This document shows, in pieces, positions 10,419 to 20,278 of a stretch of DNA of 64,000 nucleotides. Under the pieces are notes generated by a model. The model saw only the letters and a program-made list of their open reading frames with translations. It was not told the DNA's origin and ran no database searches. How positions within the stretch are numbered: position 1 is the stretch's first letter; the number at the start of each line of letters is the position of its first letter. The position numbers and the translations under genes are program-made. This DNA comes from an uncultured archaeon (GTDB taxonomy: Archaea > Thermoproteota > Bathyarchaeia > Bathyarchaeales > Bathycorpusculaceae): contig CAWENF010000014.1 in NCBI GenBank assembly GCA_963810275.1, positions 1 to 64,000 on the forward strand, written 5' to 3'.

Positions 10419-10838
10419 TTAGATGCCCAACTCTAACAGTTTTTTTGGGCTATTAATCTCGATAGATTTAGTTCCAGTCGCAACTCTAGAAAACTTGGAG
10501 TTCGCTTCACACCCCAAAGTAACAACCACATCATCCTTGTACGTCAACGTGATAGTAACGCCTGCTTCCTTTAGTTCCTCAGCCATTTCTTTGAGCACAC
10601 CCAGACTACTACGCGCCGTATTTATTTGCCCCACAACACCTTTTATGCTGGCAGTTATGCCTTTGTCTTCTTTATTTCCCTTAGCCGCTTCAAGGACTTC
10701 TTTTATGAATTCTTTATCAAGGGCTTTAACGTCGATTTTCTTTTCCGCTGCAGTAATTTCTATGGCTTCAACGTTCTTTGCAGAAACAGTAACCTTACCT
10801 GACTTGACTATGTCGCCTATCAAAGATGCGAGGGACAC
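10419..10838 (-). CDS. Hypothetical protein
   Basis: 139-aa ORF with GGAG upstream of GTG. Co-oriented with the ORF 17 nt upstream. Confidence 0.75.
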   Translation of the reverse strand: MSLASLIGDIVKSGKVTVSAKNVEAIEITAAEKKIDVKALDKEFIKEVLEAAKGNKEDKGITASIKGVVGQINTARSSLGVLKEMAEELKEAGVTITLTYKDDVVVTLGCEANSKFSRVATGTKSIEINSPKKLLELGI

Positions 10839-10855
10839 TCCTTGTGCCCCAACGC

Positions 10856-11059
10856 TTAGGGTTTGACTTCTTTGGAGTAGACTATGTCTAAAACAATTGC
10901 ACCATTGATCTTGGCCTTAAACATCCCTGTATCAAGGGTCAAGTCTTCGAAGCTTAGTTTAATATCGGATTCTTTTCCTGCCAGTTTATCAATAACTGCC
11001 AACATTGTTTCCGCCATTCCGTGGGCGGCATTTTCGAGAGATTTTTGACTTTTTTCCAT
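10856..11059 (-). CDS. Small hypothetical protein
   Basis: 67-aa ORF with AAGGTG upstream of ATG and protein-like composition. Confidence 0.7.
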   Translation of the reverse strand: MEKSQKSLENAAHGMAETMLAVIDKLAGKESDIKLSFEDLTLDTGMFKAKINGAIVLDIVYSKEVKP

Positions 11060-11216
11060 AAAAATGCACCTTACAAATAGTGGAAGGTTAAGCCTAAAAA
11101 AGTTATTGCTTAAAGTTTATCAAGCTGTTTTACGAAAAAAATAACCTTGACTTGCTGCAAATAAAATAGTTTAAAATTTAAAAGAAAAATAATGTTAATT
11201 GTGGAGTTAGGTAAGT

Positions 11217-11285
11217 TTACCATTCTTCTTCTTCCCATTCTTCGTCCTCGCCTTCTTCCCATTCATCTTCTTCTTCGTATATCAT
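11217..11285 (-). CDS. 22-aa acidic Trp-rich micropeptide MIYEEEDEWEEGEDEEWEEEEW
   Basis: ATG at 11285, TAA at 11219-11217, GGAGGTGA Shine-Dalgarno 7 nt upstream and T-rich sequence downstream. Confidence 0.65.
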   Translation of the reverse strand: MIYEEEDEWEEGEDEEWEEEEW

Positions 11286-11519
11286 TCTCTTTTCACCTCC
11301 ACGGCAAAACCCATTATGCTATCCTACTCTCGGGATGGTTTAAGCCTTTAGATACGTCAAATGTCGTTAAACCAGAGCTATTCTTTTGGGCAAACAGGGG
11401 TTTTGTATCGGCGTTTTTGTACGTTTTTTTGTTAAAAGAGCAATTGTTTATTAACAAAACCTTCGAATATCACAAGTAGAGGCTTTTCTATAAACAAAAT
11501 CCTAAAAATCATCATAGCA

Positions 11520-12056
11520 GTGGTGGCAATACTTTTAATTGCAGTCGCAGCGTTGGCAGCCGTAATCTTGCTTGACGTCGCCGCATACACAGCCACAAGC
11601 AGCCAAACCCTGACACCTACAATAACCCCCACAGGCAACGCACTTGTGCTCTACGACCCCGGCCTATCCAACGTATCCACAAAGGTCGCCCAGCAAGTCG
11701 CCTCAGACCTCCAAAGCAAAGGCTACACCGTGACGTTGGCAGGAATCAAAAGCTCCGCCGCAGCAGAGACCACAGGTTACGATATAATTATAGTCGGCGG
11801 GCCTATCTACGCTGGTGCCCCAACCACCTCAGTCAAAGATGCCTTGGGCAACCTGCAACATGACTCCAACGCGGAAATTGGAGTTTTCGGTAGCGGAAAA
11901 GGCGCAACTTCACCCGAAGACATAGCATCAATCAAAGCTTCGGTTCCCGCCCTCCAAGCCGATGGCGAATTATCCAACGCGGTGGTTGTCAAAATAGGCG
12001 AAGACGAAGACATCTCAGTTCGTTCGACCGACTTTGTTAATCAACTCGTCGACTAA
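11520..12056 (+). CDS. Membrane-anchored flavodoxin-like protein
   Basis: Hydrophobic N-terminus then flavodoxin-fold motifs (ALVLYDPG, YDIIIVGGPIYAG, IGVFGSG). The true start may be slightly upstream. Confidence 0.8.
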   Translation: MVAILLIAVAALAAVILLDVAAYTATSSQTLTPTITPTGNALVLYDPGLSNVSTKVAQQVASDLQSKGYTVTLAGIKSSAAAETTGYDIIIVGGPIYAGAPTTSVKDALGNLQHDSNAEIGVFGSGKGATSPEDIASIKASVPALQADGELSNAVVVKIGEDEDISVRSTDFVNQLVD

Positions 12057-12129
12057 ACTAGCCATTTTTCTTTTTGTTGAGATTTGGTATACAAAATAGA
12101 TAAATCTCTTATTCGTGCATATCCCAGCT

Positions 12130-12196
12130 TGGGATGATGTGAGGCGACGGCTTCGAGCCTTGCGGCTGTGAGAGCTCGTCTTTATTCGCTGACCCA
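12130..12196 (+). ncRNA. Box C/D guide sRNA candidate
   Basis: Terminal stem TGGG/CCCA, C box ATGATGT at 12134, D box CTGA at 12189, and an internal GCC-TTGC-GGC hairpin flanked by D'/C'-like motifs. TATA-like GATAAAT about 25-30 nt upstream. Confidence 0.65.
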
Positions 12197-12374
12197 CATA
12201 ATTTGCGGATTCCTTTGTTTTTTAGGTTTCACACGGTAGTTTGCATTTTATATCGCTAAAAGTATTTATACGCCCCAAACCTAATGGTGGCTGTCACATT
12301 TACTCATGTATCAAAGCCTCAAAGCTTTTCGAAACATCATGAAATAAAACAGTGGCAGAGAAGCTAGATTAAAA

Positions 12375-13526
12375 ATGGTTCAATCATTTAAGGACTTAAC
12401 CTTATCAAGCGAAGTCCTCAGAAGTTTAAACGAACTTGGGTTTGACGCTCTTTTTCCGATTCAAGCTCAAGCAATAACACCTCTACTACAGGGCAAAGAC
12501 GTAATCGGGCAAGCCCAAACAGGCACGGGTAAAACCGCTGCTTTTGGTGTTCCCATGGTAGAAAACCTCAACCGCGACGTGCGAGGAGTCCAAGGATTAG
12601 TTTTGGTTCCCACCCGTGAGTTAGCCGTCCAAGTAGCCGAAAACCTTGCAAAGTTCGGCAAACATTCCAAAATCAAAGTTTTGGCAGTTTACGGCGGCGA
12701 ATCAATCAACAAGCAGATGCACGCACTCGCAAGCGGGGTCCAAATCGTCGTGGGCACACCAGGAAGACTCATCGACCTCATGGAGCGCAGAGTGCTCAAC
12801 TTGAGTTCCATAAAATTCGTCATTTTAGATGAGGCAGACCGCATGCTTGACATGGGCTTCATCGAAGACATGGAATTCATACTCTCCAAAACCCCCAGAG
12901 ATCGCCAAACAGGCTTGTTCAGCGCAACCATGGATGAAAACGTCATGCGCCTAGCCAACAAATATATGCGCAACCCAGAAAAAATCCTCGTAAGCAAAGA
13001 CGAAATCGCCCTCACCCAAATGAAACAGTACTACCTACTCGTCAACCAAGGCGGCAAACTAACCGCACTATGCGATCTACTGCAAGACGACCGCGTAGAG
13101 AAAGCCATCATTTTCTGCAGAACCCGACACGAAACCAGCCGCTTATCCGACCAACTCTACAAGCGAGGTTATCGCTCGCAGGCACTCCACGCAGGCTTTA
13201 CTCAAGCTCAACGTGACCGCGCAATCAACGAGTTCCGGCACGGCAGACGCGCATTGTTGGTCGCTACAGACGTAGCCGCAAGGGGACTGGATATTCCAGA
13301 CATTACACACATTTTCAACTATGACGTTCCAGAAGATCCCCCGAACTATTTCCACCGCATAGGCAGAACAGCACGCAAAGGAGAAGACGGAACCGCGATC
13401 ACCTTGGTAAATTATGGTGAGATGTCCAATTTCAACAACATCAAAGCCTTCACTAAGACGCGTATCGAAGAAATCAAGAGTCAGTGCACTACGAAAGAAG
13501 ATTCGCCTATTCAGAGTTTCTTCTAA
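12375..13526 (+). CDS. DEAD-box RNA helicase
   Basis: Q motif, AQTGTGKT, PTRELA, DEAD, SAT, ARGLD and HRIGRTAR. Confidence 0.97.
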   Translation: MVQSFKDLTLSSEVLRSLNELGFDALFPIQAQAITPLLQGKDVIGQAQTGTGKTAAFGVPMVENLNRDVRGVQGLVLVPTRELAVQVAENLAKFGKHSKIKVLAVYGGESINKQMHALASGVQIVVGTPGRLIDLMERRVLNLSSIKFVILDEADRMLDMGFIEDMEFILSKTPRDRQTGLFSATMDENVMRLANKYMRNPEKILVSKDEIALTQMKQYYLLVNQGGKLTALCDLLQDDRVEKAIIFCRTRHETSRLSDQLYKRGYRSQALHAGFTQAQRDRAINEFRHGRRALLVATDVAARGLDIPDITHIFNYDVPEDPPNYFHRIGRTARKGEDGTAITLVNYGEMSNFNNIKAFTKTRIEEIKSQCTTKEDSPIQSFF

Positions 13527-13992
13527 ACTCTTTTTGTTTCTTTTGCTTTGCAGTAGACCCCGCCCTTATTTGAAGGGTAAACTGTTTTTCTTTCTTTATT
13601 AGATGTTAGTTCCCACGGCACCTTAAGGCGGCAAATGTGGGCGAATGATTTTTGGTTTAAAGCAGTGCGTCTGACATCATGTGATAGCCGCGTTTTATTG
13701 CACATGCTACAATGAATTGTTGGATTTCGAGTGTAAAGGCGTGTGTAGTTATCTAAAATATAAAAGACTTTTTTTGGGAGTTACATGGGAAACAAGTGTT
13801 TTTTTATGGAAACAAAACAAGAAATTGATAACTGATTGACATTTTTAATGCAATACCCGATTCTAATCTATGGACAATGGTGTACCTAAAAAATGCGTCA
13901 TTTAACCCTATAATGCAGTTAAGTTAAAGAACAAGCAACAAATATAATTAGCACTCGCTAATTCAAACCGGGGAAAGTGGTGTAAGCAGCAA

Positions 13993-15519
13993 GTGGCTCA
14001 AGCAACCTTCGAAGAGATGAGTGCATCCGACTTCTTTTACCGAAACCGCGACATAGCGGGCTTAACCAACCCTTCAAGATCCATATTCGTGGCTATCCGA
14101 GAGTTGGTGGAAAACTCGCTTGACGCCGCCGAAAGCCAAAAAATCCCCCCCGACATCTACGTACGGTTGTCTTTTGAGGCGGAAGCCACCAAAGACACCC
14201 AAATCTATAAGCTACGAGTTGAAGACAACGGCAGCGGCATCCAGCCCCGCTTTATCCCATCGGCTTTTGGTCAAATCCTCTATGGTAGCAAATACAAACT
14301 CAAACAAGCCCGCGGCACCTTTGGCTTGGGCGGAAAAATGGCGGTGCTCTACGGTCAAATTACTACGCACCAGCCTGTAGTTGTCACTTCAAGCACTGGC
14401 CAAGAAAAAATTTACATCTTTAAATTGATGATTGACATCCAGCGGAACAAACCCATAATTGTGGACCGCCGAGTACTCATAAACAAGGATAACTGGCGTG
14501 GCACTATAATTGAGTTCTCAATTGAAGGTGACTACTTGCGTGCGATGCCTAAAATCATCGAGTACTTCAAGCAAACCGCTATGGTGAACCCTTATGCTAA
14601 CATCATCTTTGTAGACCCAAAAGGTAGATTCTACAAATTTACTAGGGGAACCAGTGAGATGCCTGATCCACCCAAAGAAACTATGCCGCACCCCTACGGT
14701 GTAGACGTGGAGCTATTGCAGAGGCTAATTCATATTACTGACTGCCAAAATATGTCAACTTTTCTTAGGACACATTTCCACCGGGTCGGCGAAATAACTG
14801 CCCAGAAATTCCTTGAATTTGCAGGAATCCCCATCAATAGAAGCCCAAAGAAGCTTACGCATGAAGAAATTGTACGATTAATGCAGAACCTAAAGAGATA
14901 CAAGGATTTTCTGCCGCCTGACGCAAGTTGTCTTTCGCCTTTAGGTGAAGATTTGCTCAAAGCAGGTGTCATTAAAGAGCTTAACCCTGAGTATCTTGTC
15001 GTGCATCAGCGTAAACCCAGCACGTATGCTGGGCACCCGTTTATTGTGGAGATGGCTATGGCGTATGGCGGCGGAGTGCCTAAACGCGACAGTTTTGTCA
15101 TTTACCGTTTTGCCAACAAAATACCACTACTTTACGATGAAGCTAGTGATGTGGCTTACCGCGTTATTTCTCGTATGAACTGGCGCCGCTATAAGGTGCA
15201 GCCTGGTATGCCTATAGCTATCGTTATTCATATTTGTAGCACTAAGGTGCCTTACAAAACTGTGGGCAAAGAGTTTATTTCTGACCGACCTGAGGTTCGT
15301 CGCGAAGAAGCAAATGCTTTGCGTGAGATTGCTCGACAGATTCAGCATTTCCTCGCTCGTCAAGAGCACGTTCATAATGAGAAGAAGCGATTGGGCATAT
15401 TCAGCAAGTATCTACCCAAAATCGCAGAGTTCTCAACCATGCTTGCGGGCCAAACCGATAAGCCTGACATAGATAAACTGCTAAAGAGTGTACAGAAGTA
15501 TGGCACAGAAGAAAACTAA
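13993..15519 (+). CDS. top6B: DNA topoisomerase VI subunit B
   Basis: GHKL motifs ELVENSLDA, EDNGSG and RGTFGLG, plus RFANKIPLLYD and VPYKTVGKE. Confidence 0.97.
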   Translation: MAQATFEEMSASDFFYRNRDIAGLTNPSRSIFVAIRELVENSLDAAESQKIPPDIYVRLSFEAEATKDTQIYKLRVEDNGSGIQPRFIPSAFGQILYGSKYKLKQARGTFGLGGKMAVLYGQITTHQPVVVTSSTGQEKIYIFKLMIDIQRNKPIIVDRRVLINKDNWRGTIIEFSIEGDYLRAMPKIIEYFKQTAMVNPYANIIFVDPKGRFYKFTRGTSEMPDPPKETMPHPYGVDVELLQRLIHITDCQNMSTFLRTHFHRVGEITAQKFLEFAGIPINRSPKKLTHEEIVRLMQNLKRYKDFLPPDASCLSPLGEDLLKAGVIKELNPEYLVVHQRKPSTYAGHPFIVEMAMAYGGGVPKRDSFVIYRFANKIPLLYDEASDVAYRVISRMNWRRYKVQPGMPIAIVIHICSTKVPYKTVGKEFISDRPEVRREEANALREIARQIQHFLARQEHVHNEKKRLGIFSKYLPKIAEFSTMLAGQTDKPDIDKLLKSVQKYGTEEN

Positions 15520-16618
15520 GGTTTTAGAGAAGAAGCAAGAGGTCCTAAACGAACTTAGAAAGTTCGGAAGCGATGTTTACACACAGCTCCAAGCAGGACA
15601 GTTTCCAACAGTCAACATGCCTAGCCGTAGCACTGAAAACATCAACTACGACGAGCAACTACGCCAATACGTCTTAGGCGAAAAAAAAGTTGGTAGAAGC
15701 ACCAGAAACATCCGGCACATTAAACCGTTTACTCAACTCGCATGGGTGGCGCTGTTTAGCAACGAATTAACTAGCCAACGCAAAACCAGCACATTAAGAG
15801 ATGTCTACTACTCTGCGCAAGCCTATGAGATGACTTTCCAAGACCAGCAAGAATCAAACAACATTATAACTGACCTTGAAACCCTCACTGGTTTTGCTCG
15901 CGAAAACTTTAATGTATTTCCTGAAGAACGCAGCGCCATTTTCGGCGACCTCGAAATCGGCTACACTGTACCAGGCTACGAAGGCAAAACCGTCAACTTA
16001 ACCAGCCACCCCGACGGAGTCCTCATTGGTCCAGCAGTGACGTCCTCAGAGTTTATCAAAACAAGCGCCGACAAAGTCATAGCTATCGAGAAAGGCGCAC
16101 TTTTCACCAGATTCATAGAAGAAAACGTCCACAACAAGCACAAGTCACTTCTGATTGCTTGTGGTGGTCAAGCGCCAAGACAAACCCGCAGCTTTATTCG
16201 CAGACTCCACGACGAACTTGACCTCCCAGTCTACATCTTAACCGACGGCGACCCTTGGGGAATGCACATAGCACAGGTCATTATTTCGGGTTCAGCAAAC
16301 GCCGCACACCTAAGAGACCTAAACACACCTGACGCTGTTTGGAGTGGCGTTTGGGCAACTGACATCGTTGACTATAAACTGCCTACGGACCCGCTGGACG
16401 AAGTTGACATTAAACGCTTAAACGAGCTGCAAAGAGACCCCCGTTACCAAAACGACCCTGTGTGGCAACGTGAAATCAAGATGTTCCTAAAGATTAAGCG
16501 TAAGACGGAGCTTGAAGCTTTCAGCAGGTACGGGTTAACTTACATTGTTGATGAGTATTTGCCGACTAAGCTGGAGCAAAAGCCTCAGGTGGGTAAGAAC
16601 CCTAAAAAGAAGAAGTAG
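15500..16618 (+). CDS. top6A: DNA topoisomerase VI subunit A
   Basis: TLRDVYY (catalytic Tyr), IAIEK and TDGDPWG TOPRIM motifs. Start chosen at ATG 15500. Confidence 0.97.
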   Translation: MAQKKTKVLEKKQEVLNELRKFGSDVYTQLQAGQFPTVNMPSRSTENINYDEQLRQYVLGEKKVGRSTRNIRHIKPFTQLAWVALFSNELTSQRKTSTLRDVYYSAQAYEMTFQDQQESNNIITDLETLTGFARENFNVFPEERSAIFGDLEIGYTVPGYEGKTVNLTSHPDGVLIGPAVTSSEFIKTSADKVIAIEKGALFTRFIEENVHNKHKSLLIACGGQAPRQTRSFIRRLHDELDLPVYILTDGDPWGMHIAQVIISGSANAAHLRDLNTPDAVWSGVWATDIVDYKLPTDPLDEVDIKRLNELQRDPRYQNDPVWQREIKMFLKIKRKTELEAFSRYGLTYIVDEYLPTKLEQKPQVGKNPKKKK

Positions 16619-17065
16619 TTTACTGATTTTCTGTAGCCCTGTTTTGGGCTGTTTTGTTTTTACTATTTAAGAAGAAGAGGTCTTCTGGCGTTGGGGTGTT
16701 ATGCAGTGTTGCTGGATGTTTTGACGGTCGATAACCTACAGTATCCTCGCCCATTTACCAGCTCCAACTCGAGTATGGCTTTGAATTGTACAAAAGTAGT
16801 CTACCATTTGTCTCGTTGAGATTTAATGTTTTATTAAAAAAATGAATCCTAAATCCACCCATCTGCTGATGAGAGTTGCCAGTAAAATCAAGATAAATGA
16901 GAAAAAAGGTTTTAACTTAAAAGAGCGAGCCCCCGCAAAAACAAGAGAGGTATCAGCAGTAGCAACCGACAGCAAATCACCAGCAAAACCTGTGCAGTCT
17001 TCCCGTCTATCCTCAAAAAGCGCCACTTCCCCAGTGGTATACTTCACAAGCAAACCCAGCATCAG

Positions 17066-17121
17066 AACTTCTTTTGGGTCCCAGATCCAGTAGCTCCCCA
17101 AGCGATCTGCGCCCGCGCAGT
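17066..17121 (-). pseudogene. Relic of a CcsA/ResC-type cytochrome c biogenesis gene (WWD motif only)
   Basis: Adding one G to the G run at 17096-17099 gives TARAQIAWGSYWIWDPKEV, matching the WAxxAWGxYWxWDPKE motif. The flanks do not encode a full protein. Confidence 0.6.
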
Positions 17122-17227
17122 TTAGAAAGCCCGCAAATTAATTTTTAAACATTGATAAAAATCAACTATTTATTTTTGAAGCAGAATAAAAGAAAAGAAA
17201 ATGTTTGGGCAAATTAGCTCTTTTTGT

Positions 17228-17461
17228 TTAGTTTACGGCAACGACAGTTATGTCTTGGGAAACACTCGCTTTAAGGTGCGCTTCTATGCCGTTTTTGAGT
17301 GTCATCTGAGACATAGGGCAGCCTGCGCAGTGTCCAACCAAACGGAGTTTAACGGTGTTTCCGTCTAAAGCAACAAACTGTACGTCTCCGCCGTCCATTT
17401 GGAGTTGGGGACGTATTTCGTCGAGGGCTTCTTGCACTTTTTTCTGCATTGATTCAGCCAT
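17228..17461 (-). CDS. NifU/NfuA-like Fe-S scaffold domain protein
   Basis: IRPQLQMDGGDV...GHCAGCPMSQMTLKNGIE. Confidence 0.93.
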   Translation of the reverse strand: MAESMQKKVQEALDEIRPQLQMDGGDVQFVALDGNTVKLRLVGHCAGCPMSQMTLKNGIEAHLKASVSQDITVVAVN

Positions 17462-17581
17462 ATAACTTCACGTTAACCCTTTCATGGATTAAATGGGTTA
17501 TAAAAGGTTACTCTTCACAGCCAGAATTACCCTTTTTTGCAGCATGCAGCAACGTGCCCTATGCTTAGGCAGGAAAACTGA

Positions 17582-17974
17582 TTAATAGTCTATGGCACGG
17601 TCTTTTAGTTTGCTGTCTATAACGCTTAACAGCTTTTGGGGATTCACTGGTTTACCCAACAATGCATCTGCACCTATATGGTCTTTAAGCAAGTGTATAT
17701 TTCCAGTGAGCATGATTTTAACAGTTTTAGGAGACGCCCTCTGTATGATAGGAAAAAGTTCTGAGCCCTCCATGTCGGGCAACCGGAAGTCTATTAGAGC
17801 AACATCAAAGCATTTGCTTTGCATTTTCTGGATTGCTTCACTACCTTTAGATGCGACATCTACAAGGTAGCCTTTCCTCTGGAAAATCCTTGTGAACATG
17901 CATAAGATTGAGGAGTCATCGTCTATAATCAGAATGGACGGCTTGTTTGCAGTAAATAATAAAGCCCTCTCCAC
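17582..17974 (-). CDS. Single-domain response regulator receiver
   Basis: ILIIDDD, ALIDFRLPDMEG, MLTG and KP motifs. Confidence 0.9.
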   Translation of the reverse strand: MERALLFTANKPSILIIDDDSSILCMFTRIFQRKGYLVDVASKGSEAIQKMQSKCFDVALIDFRLPDMEGSELFPIIQRASPKTVKIMLTGNIHLLKDHIGADALLGKPVNPQKLLSVIDSKLKDRAIDY

Positions 17975-18379
17975 AAAAACAGAGCCTAAGGAAGTTAATA
18001 AAATTTATGAAAACGCTTTTCGGCATTTGACGAATTATCGGCGTTTTATTTGAAAGCCTTGAATACAATCTGAACTTAAGAGATGTATATGCAGAGGAAG
18101 ATATGGCAAACCCGAGCGTATATAATCGGTAAATATCTCGCGAATCATTTCGCTGCAATAATTATCTTGTTTGTTTTACTGGAAGCCACATACCATTTTG
18201 GTGCCTTAACACTTTTCGGAGACATCCTCACATAAGAAATTGTTTACGGCGATCTTCAAAAACGTCATATTCTCCGTAGTCGTCTGGATCTTATTAGCCA
18301 CCGCCAAAAATCATTATACAAGCCACAATACGCAGTTTCTCGCCACTAGACAAAATCGTTCGAGACCGAACAACATTCC

Positions 18380-18930
18380 TGCGGACCAACAAATCCATCA
18401 ACCCCGCTACCTAACCTACTTAGTCTATGCGATAGCCATCGTCATCCTCATACTAATCTGGGTATAATCGTTTATCGGCGAATGGATAGCTAACGTGTTA
18501 GGCACAGACTCAATCATCAGCTTAACCTTAATCATCTTTTTGTTCACATCCAGCGTTCTATGCGAACATATTAGCTTACATGATGCTAGGGAAACTAGCG
18601 AATTCAAAGTAGGCGGCGGCCGCGTCCAAATCGGAAGTCCTCCTCTAGACCGCAGTCACTTTAGGCTATGGCATAAACAAAGACAAACAAATGCATATTG
18701 ATAGCGCTATGAAAACGAACGACATCACCACCACTACACCAGAGAACCCTACGTGCTGCTAAGACGTAGGCAACTACTCGATAACCTAAAGAAATCAACA
18801 GCTTACACGGACCAACCTAACAAATACATCCGCTTAAAAAGCGAACTCATAAACAACATCCTCGACGAATTCCGTCCTAACGGAGTAGAAATCATGTCCC
18901 GACACACATAACACACTCAAAGATTCCGTT
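18380..18930 (+). pseudogene. Degraded MscS mechanosensitive channel gene (boundaries approximate)
   Basis: Fragments in different frames: hydrophobic helices, EFKVG..RVQIG, and C-terminal LKSELINNILDEFRPNGVEIMS. Interrupted by stops and shifts. Confidence 0.55.
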
Positions 18931-19010
18931 CACACAGCACCACCACCCACAATGGCCAACAGTAACATCGCCAAAACCAAATCGTCAAACCAAATTCAAA
19001 GCGGCTAAAC

Positions 19011-19247
19011 CTACTCAGGCGGCTGCTTAATCCACACTTTTGATTTCTCTTGCACCCGCACTCTACCCTCCGACTCCATCAAACCCATCTGAGCGTGTAT
19101 TATTCGGCTGTTTCTTGTGTGGAATTCTTTGCGCAGAGCATCTTCAAGTTTGGGCTTGTTTATGTGCTCTGCTGAACCGACGATATTCCAAAAGAAAACC
19201 TGCACTTTGAGCCGCTTCTTTTCTGCTTCAATTTTTGAAATACCCAT
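19011..19247 (-). CDS. Small basic hypothetical protein (possible wHTH)
   Basis: 78-aa ORF with AAGGT upstream of ATG. The C-terminal helix plus beta-hairpin pattern suggests wHTH. Confidence 0.6.
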   Translation of the reverse strand: MGISKIEAEKKRLKVQVFFWNIVGSAEHINKPKLEDALRKEFHTRNSRIIHAQMGLMESEGRVRVQEKSKVWIKQPPE

Positions 19248-19463
19248 TCGTTATTACCTTGCACAGTAGGGGTTTTCATTTTTAGCTTTGTGGTATGCAA
19301 CGCATGCGCTGCAGTCGCCGTGCATGGGGCATTTATGGTCAGGACAGGGACAATGGGGAGCCTTATAAGACATACCAATTAATCCGCAGTTGAAGGATAA
19401 GATTGTTTTGTCTGGGAAAAACTATAGAAACATCTTCCATAAAATACAAATAGAGGAAAACCT

Positions 19464-20255
19464 GTGCCTGGAGTTCTGGCTTCACTCAAACGCTTAACCG
19501 CATCAATCATCTTAATCATTGTGTTAGCCGCCGCTACACTGCTGTTCTTTGAAGCGTTCATAGCCGCCCCCATCAACCTTTCTAACCAGTTAGACCTTTT
19601 AGTTAACATATCCATAGTTTTCGGCTTCGCCACAGTAGTGCTCTACATATTCACCAACCTAAAAAAGCTCCTAACACCCTACTTAGGCGTCCAAGTAGCC
19701 ACCGTTCTGCAACTTCTCTTAATGGGTTTAACATTAATCATAACTGTTCTAGTAATTTTGGGATTCTTTAGCGTAAGCGCCGCTACACTGCTAACTAGCG
19801 CAGGCATAATCTCAATCACAATCGGCTTGATCATATCCACATTTGTCGGCGGCATCCTTTCAGGCGCACTCATATTCACCACGCATAAGCTGAAAATCGG
19901 AGACGACGTAATGGTAAACAACATGCCAGGCAAAGTAGAGGACATGTCTGCGTTGGTTGTGCGTATCCGAACCGACGTGGGGCAAACCACAATACCTAAC
20001 AGCGCCATTGCCTCTGGCGGAGTAATAATAACCAAGCTGCAAGCGCCTGAACCGACACAGGAGAAGCGTCTGCCTTACAATGTTGGTGACAAGGTGGTTA
20101 CTATGTTCAAAAACGAAGAAGGCGTCATCAAGGAAGTTACGGCTTTCCTGACGCTCATACAGCTGGATTCAGGCAGACAAATAACCTTCTTAAACACCGC
20201 CGTCTTAACAGGCGCAGTGGCGGTGGCAAAAATATCTTTACCTATGGAGAGTTAG
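19464..20255 (+). CDS. MscS-family mechanosensitive channel
   Basis: TM helices followed by LKIGDDVMVNNMPGKVEDM...TIPNS, with a duplicated beta domain (YNVGDKV...ITFLN). Confidence 0.85.
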   Translation: MPGVLASLKRLTASIILIIVLAAATLLFFEAFIAAPINLSNQLDLLVNISIVFGFATVVLYIFTNLKKLLTPYLGVQVATVLQLLLMGLTLIITVLVILGFFSVSAATLLTSAGIISITIGLIISTFVGGILSGALIFTTHKLKIGDDVMVNNMPGKVEDMSALVVRIRTDVGQTTIPNSAIASGGVIITKLQAPEPTQEKRLPYNVGDKVVTMFKNEEGVIKEVTAFLTLIQLDSGRQITFLNTAVLTGAVAVAKISLPMES

Positions 20256-20278
20256 CCTGTCTTAAGAGATTGAGGTTT

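Noticed and set aside
11192-11479. 95-aa + strand ORF with Leu/Pro repeats
   Set aside because: It is the antisense reading of the GAA-rich micropeptide, which has the strong RBS.
13640-13715. Possible second C/D sRNA (ATGATT...CTGA...GTGATA)
   Set aside because: No terminal D box or terminal stem.
16823-17101. 92-aa ORF as an intact cytochrome c biogenesis protein
   Set aside because: Only the WWD motif is recognisable and the rest lacks the expected TM/His pattern, so it is treated as a relic.
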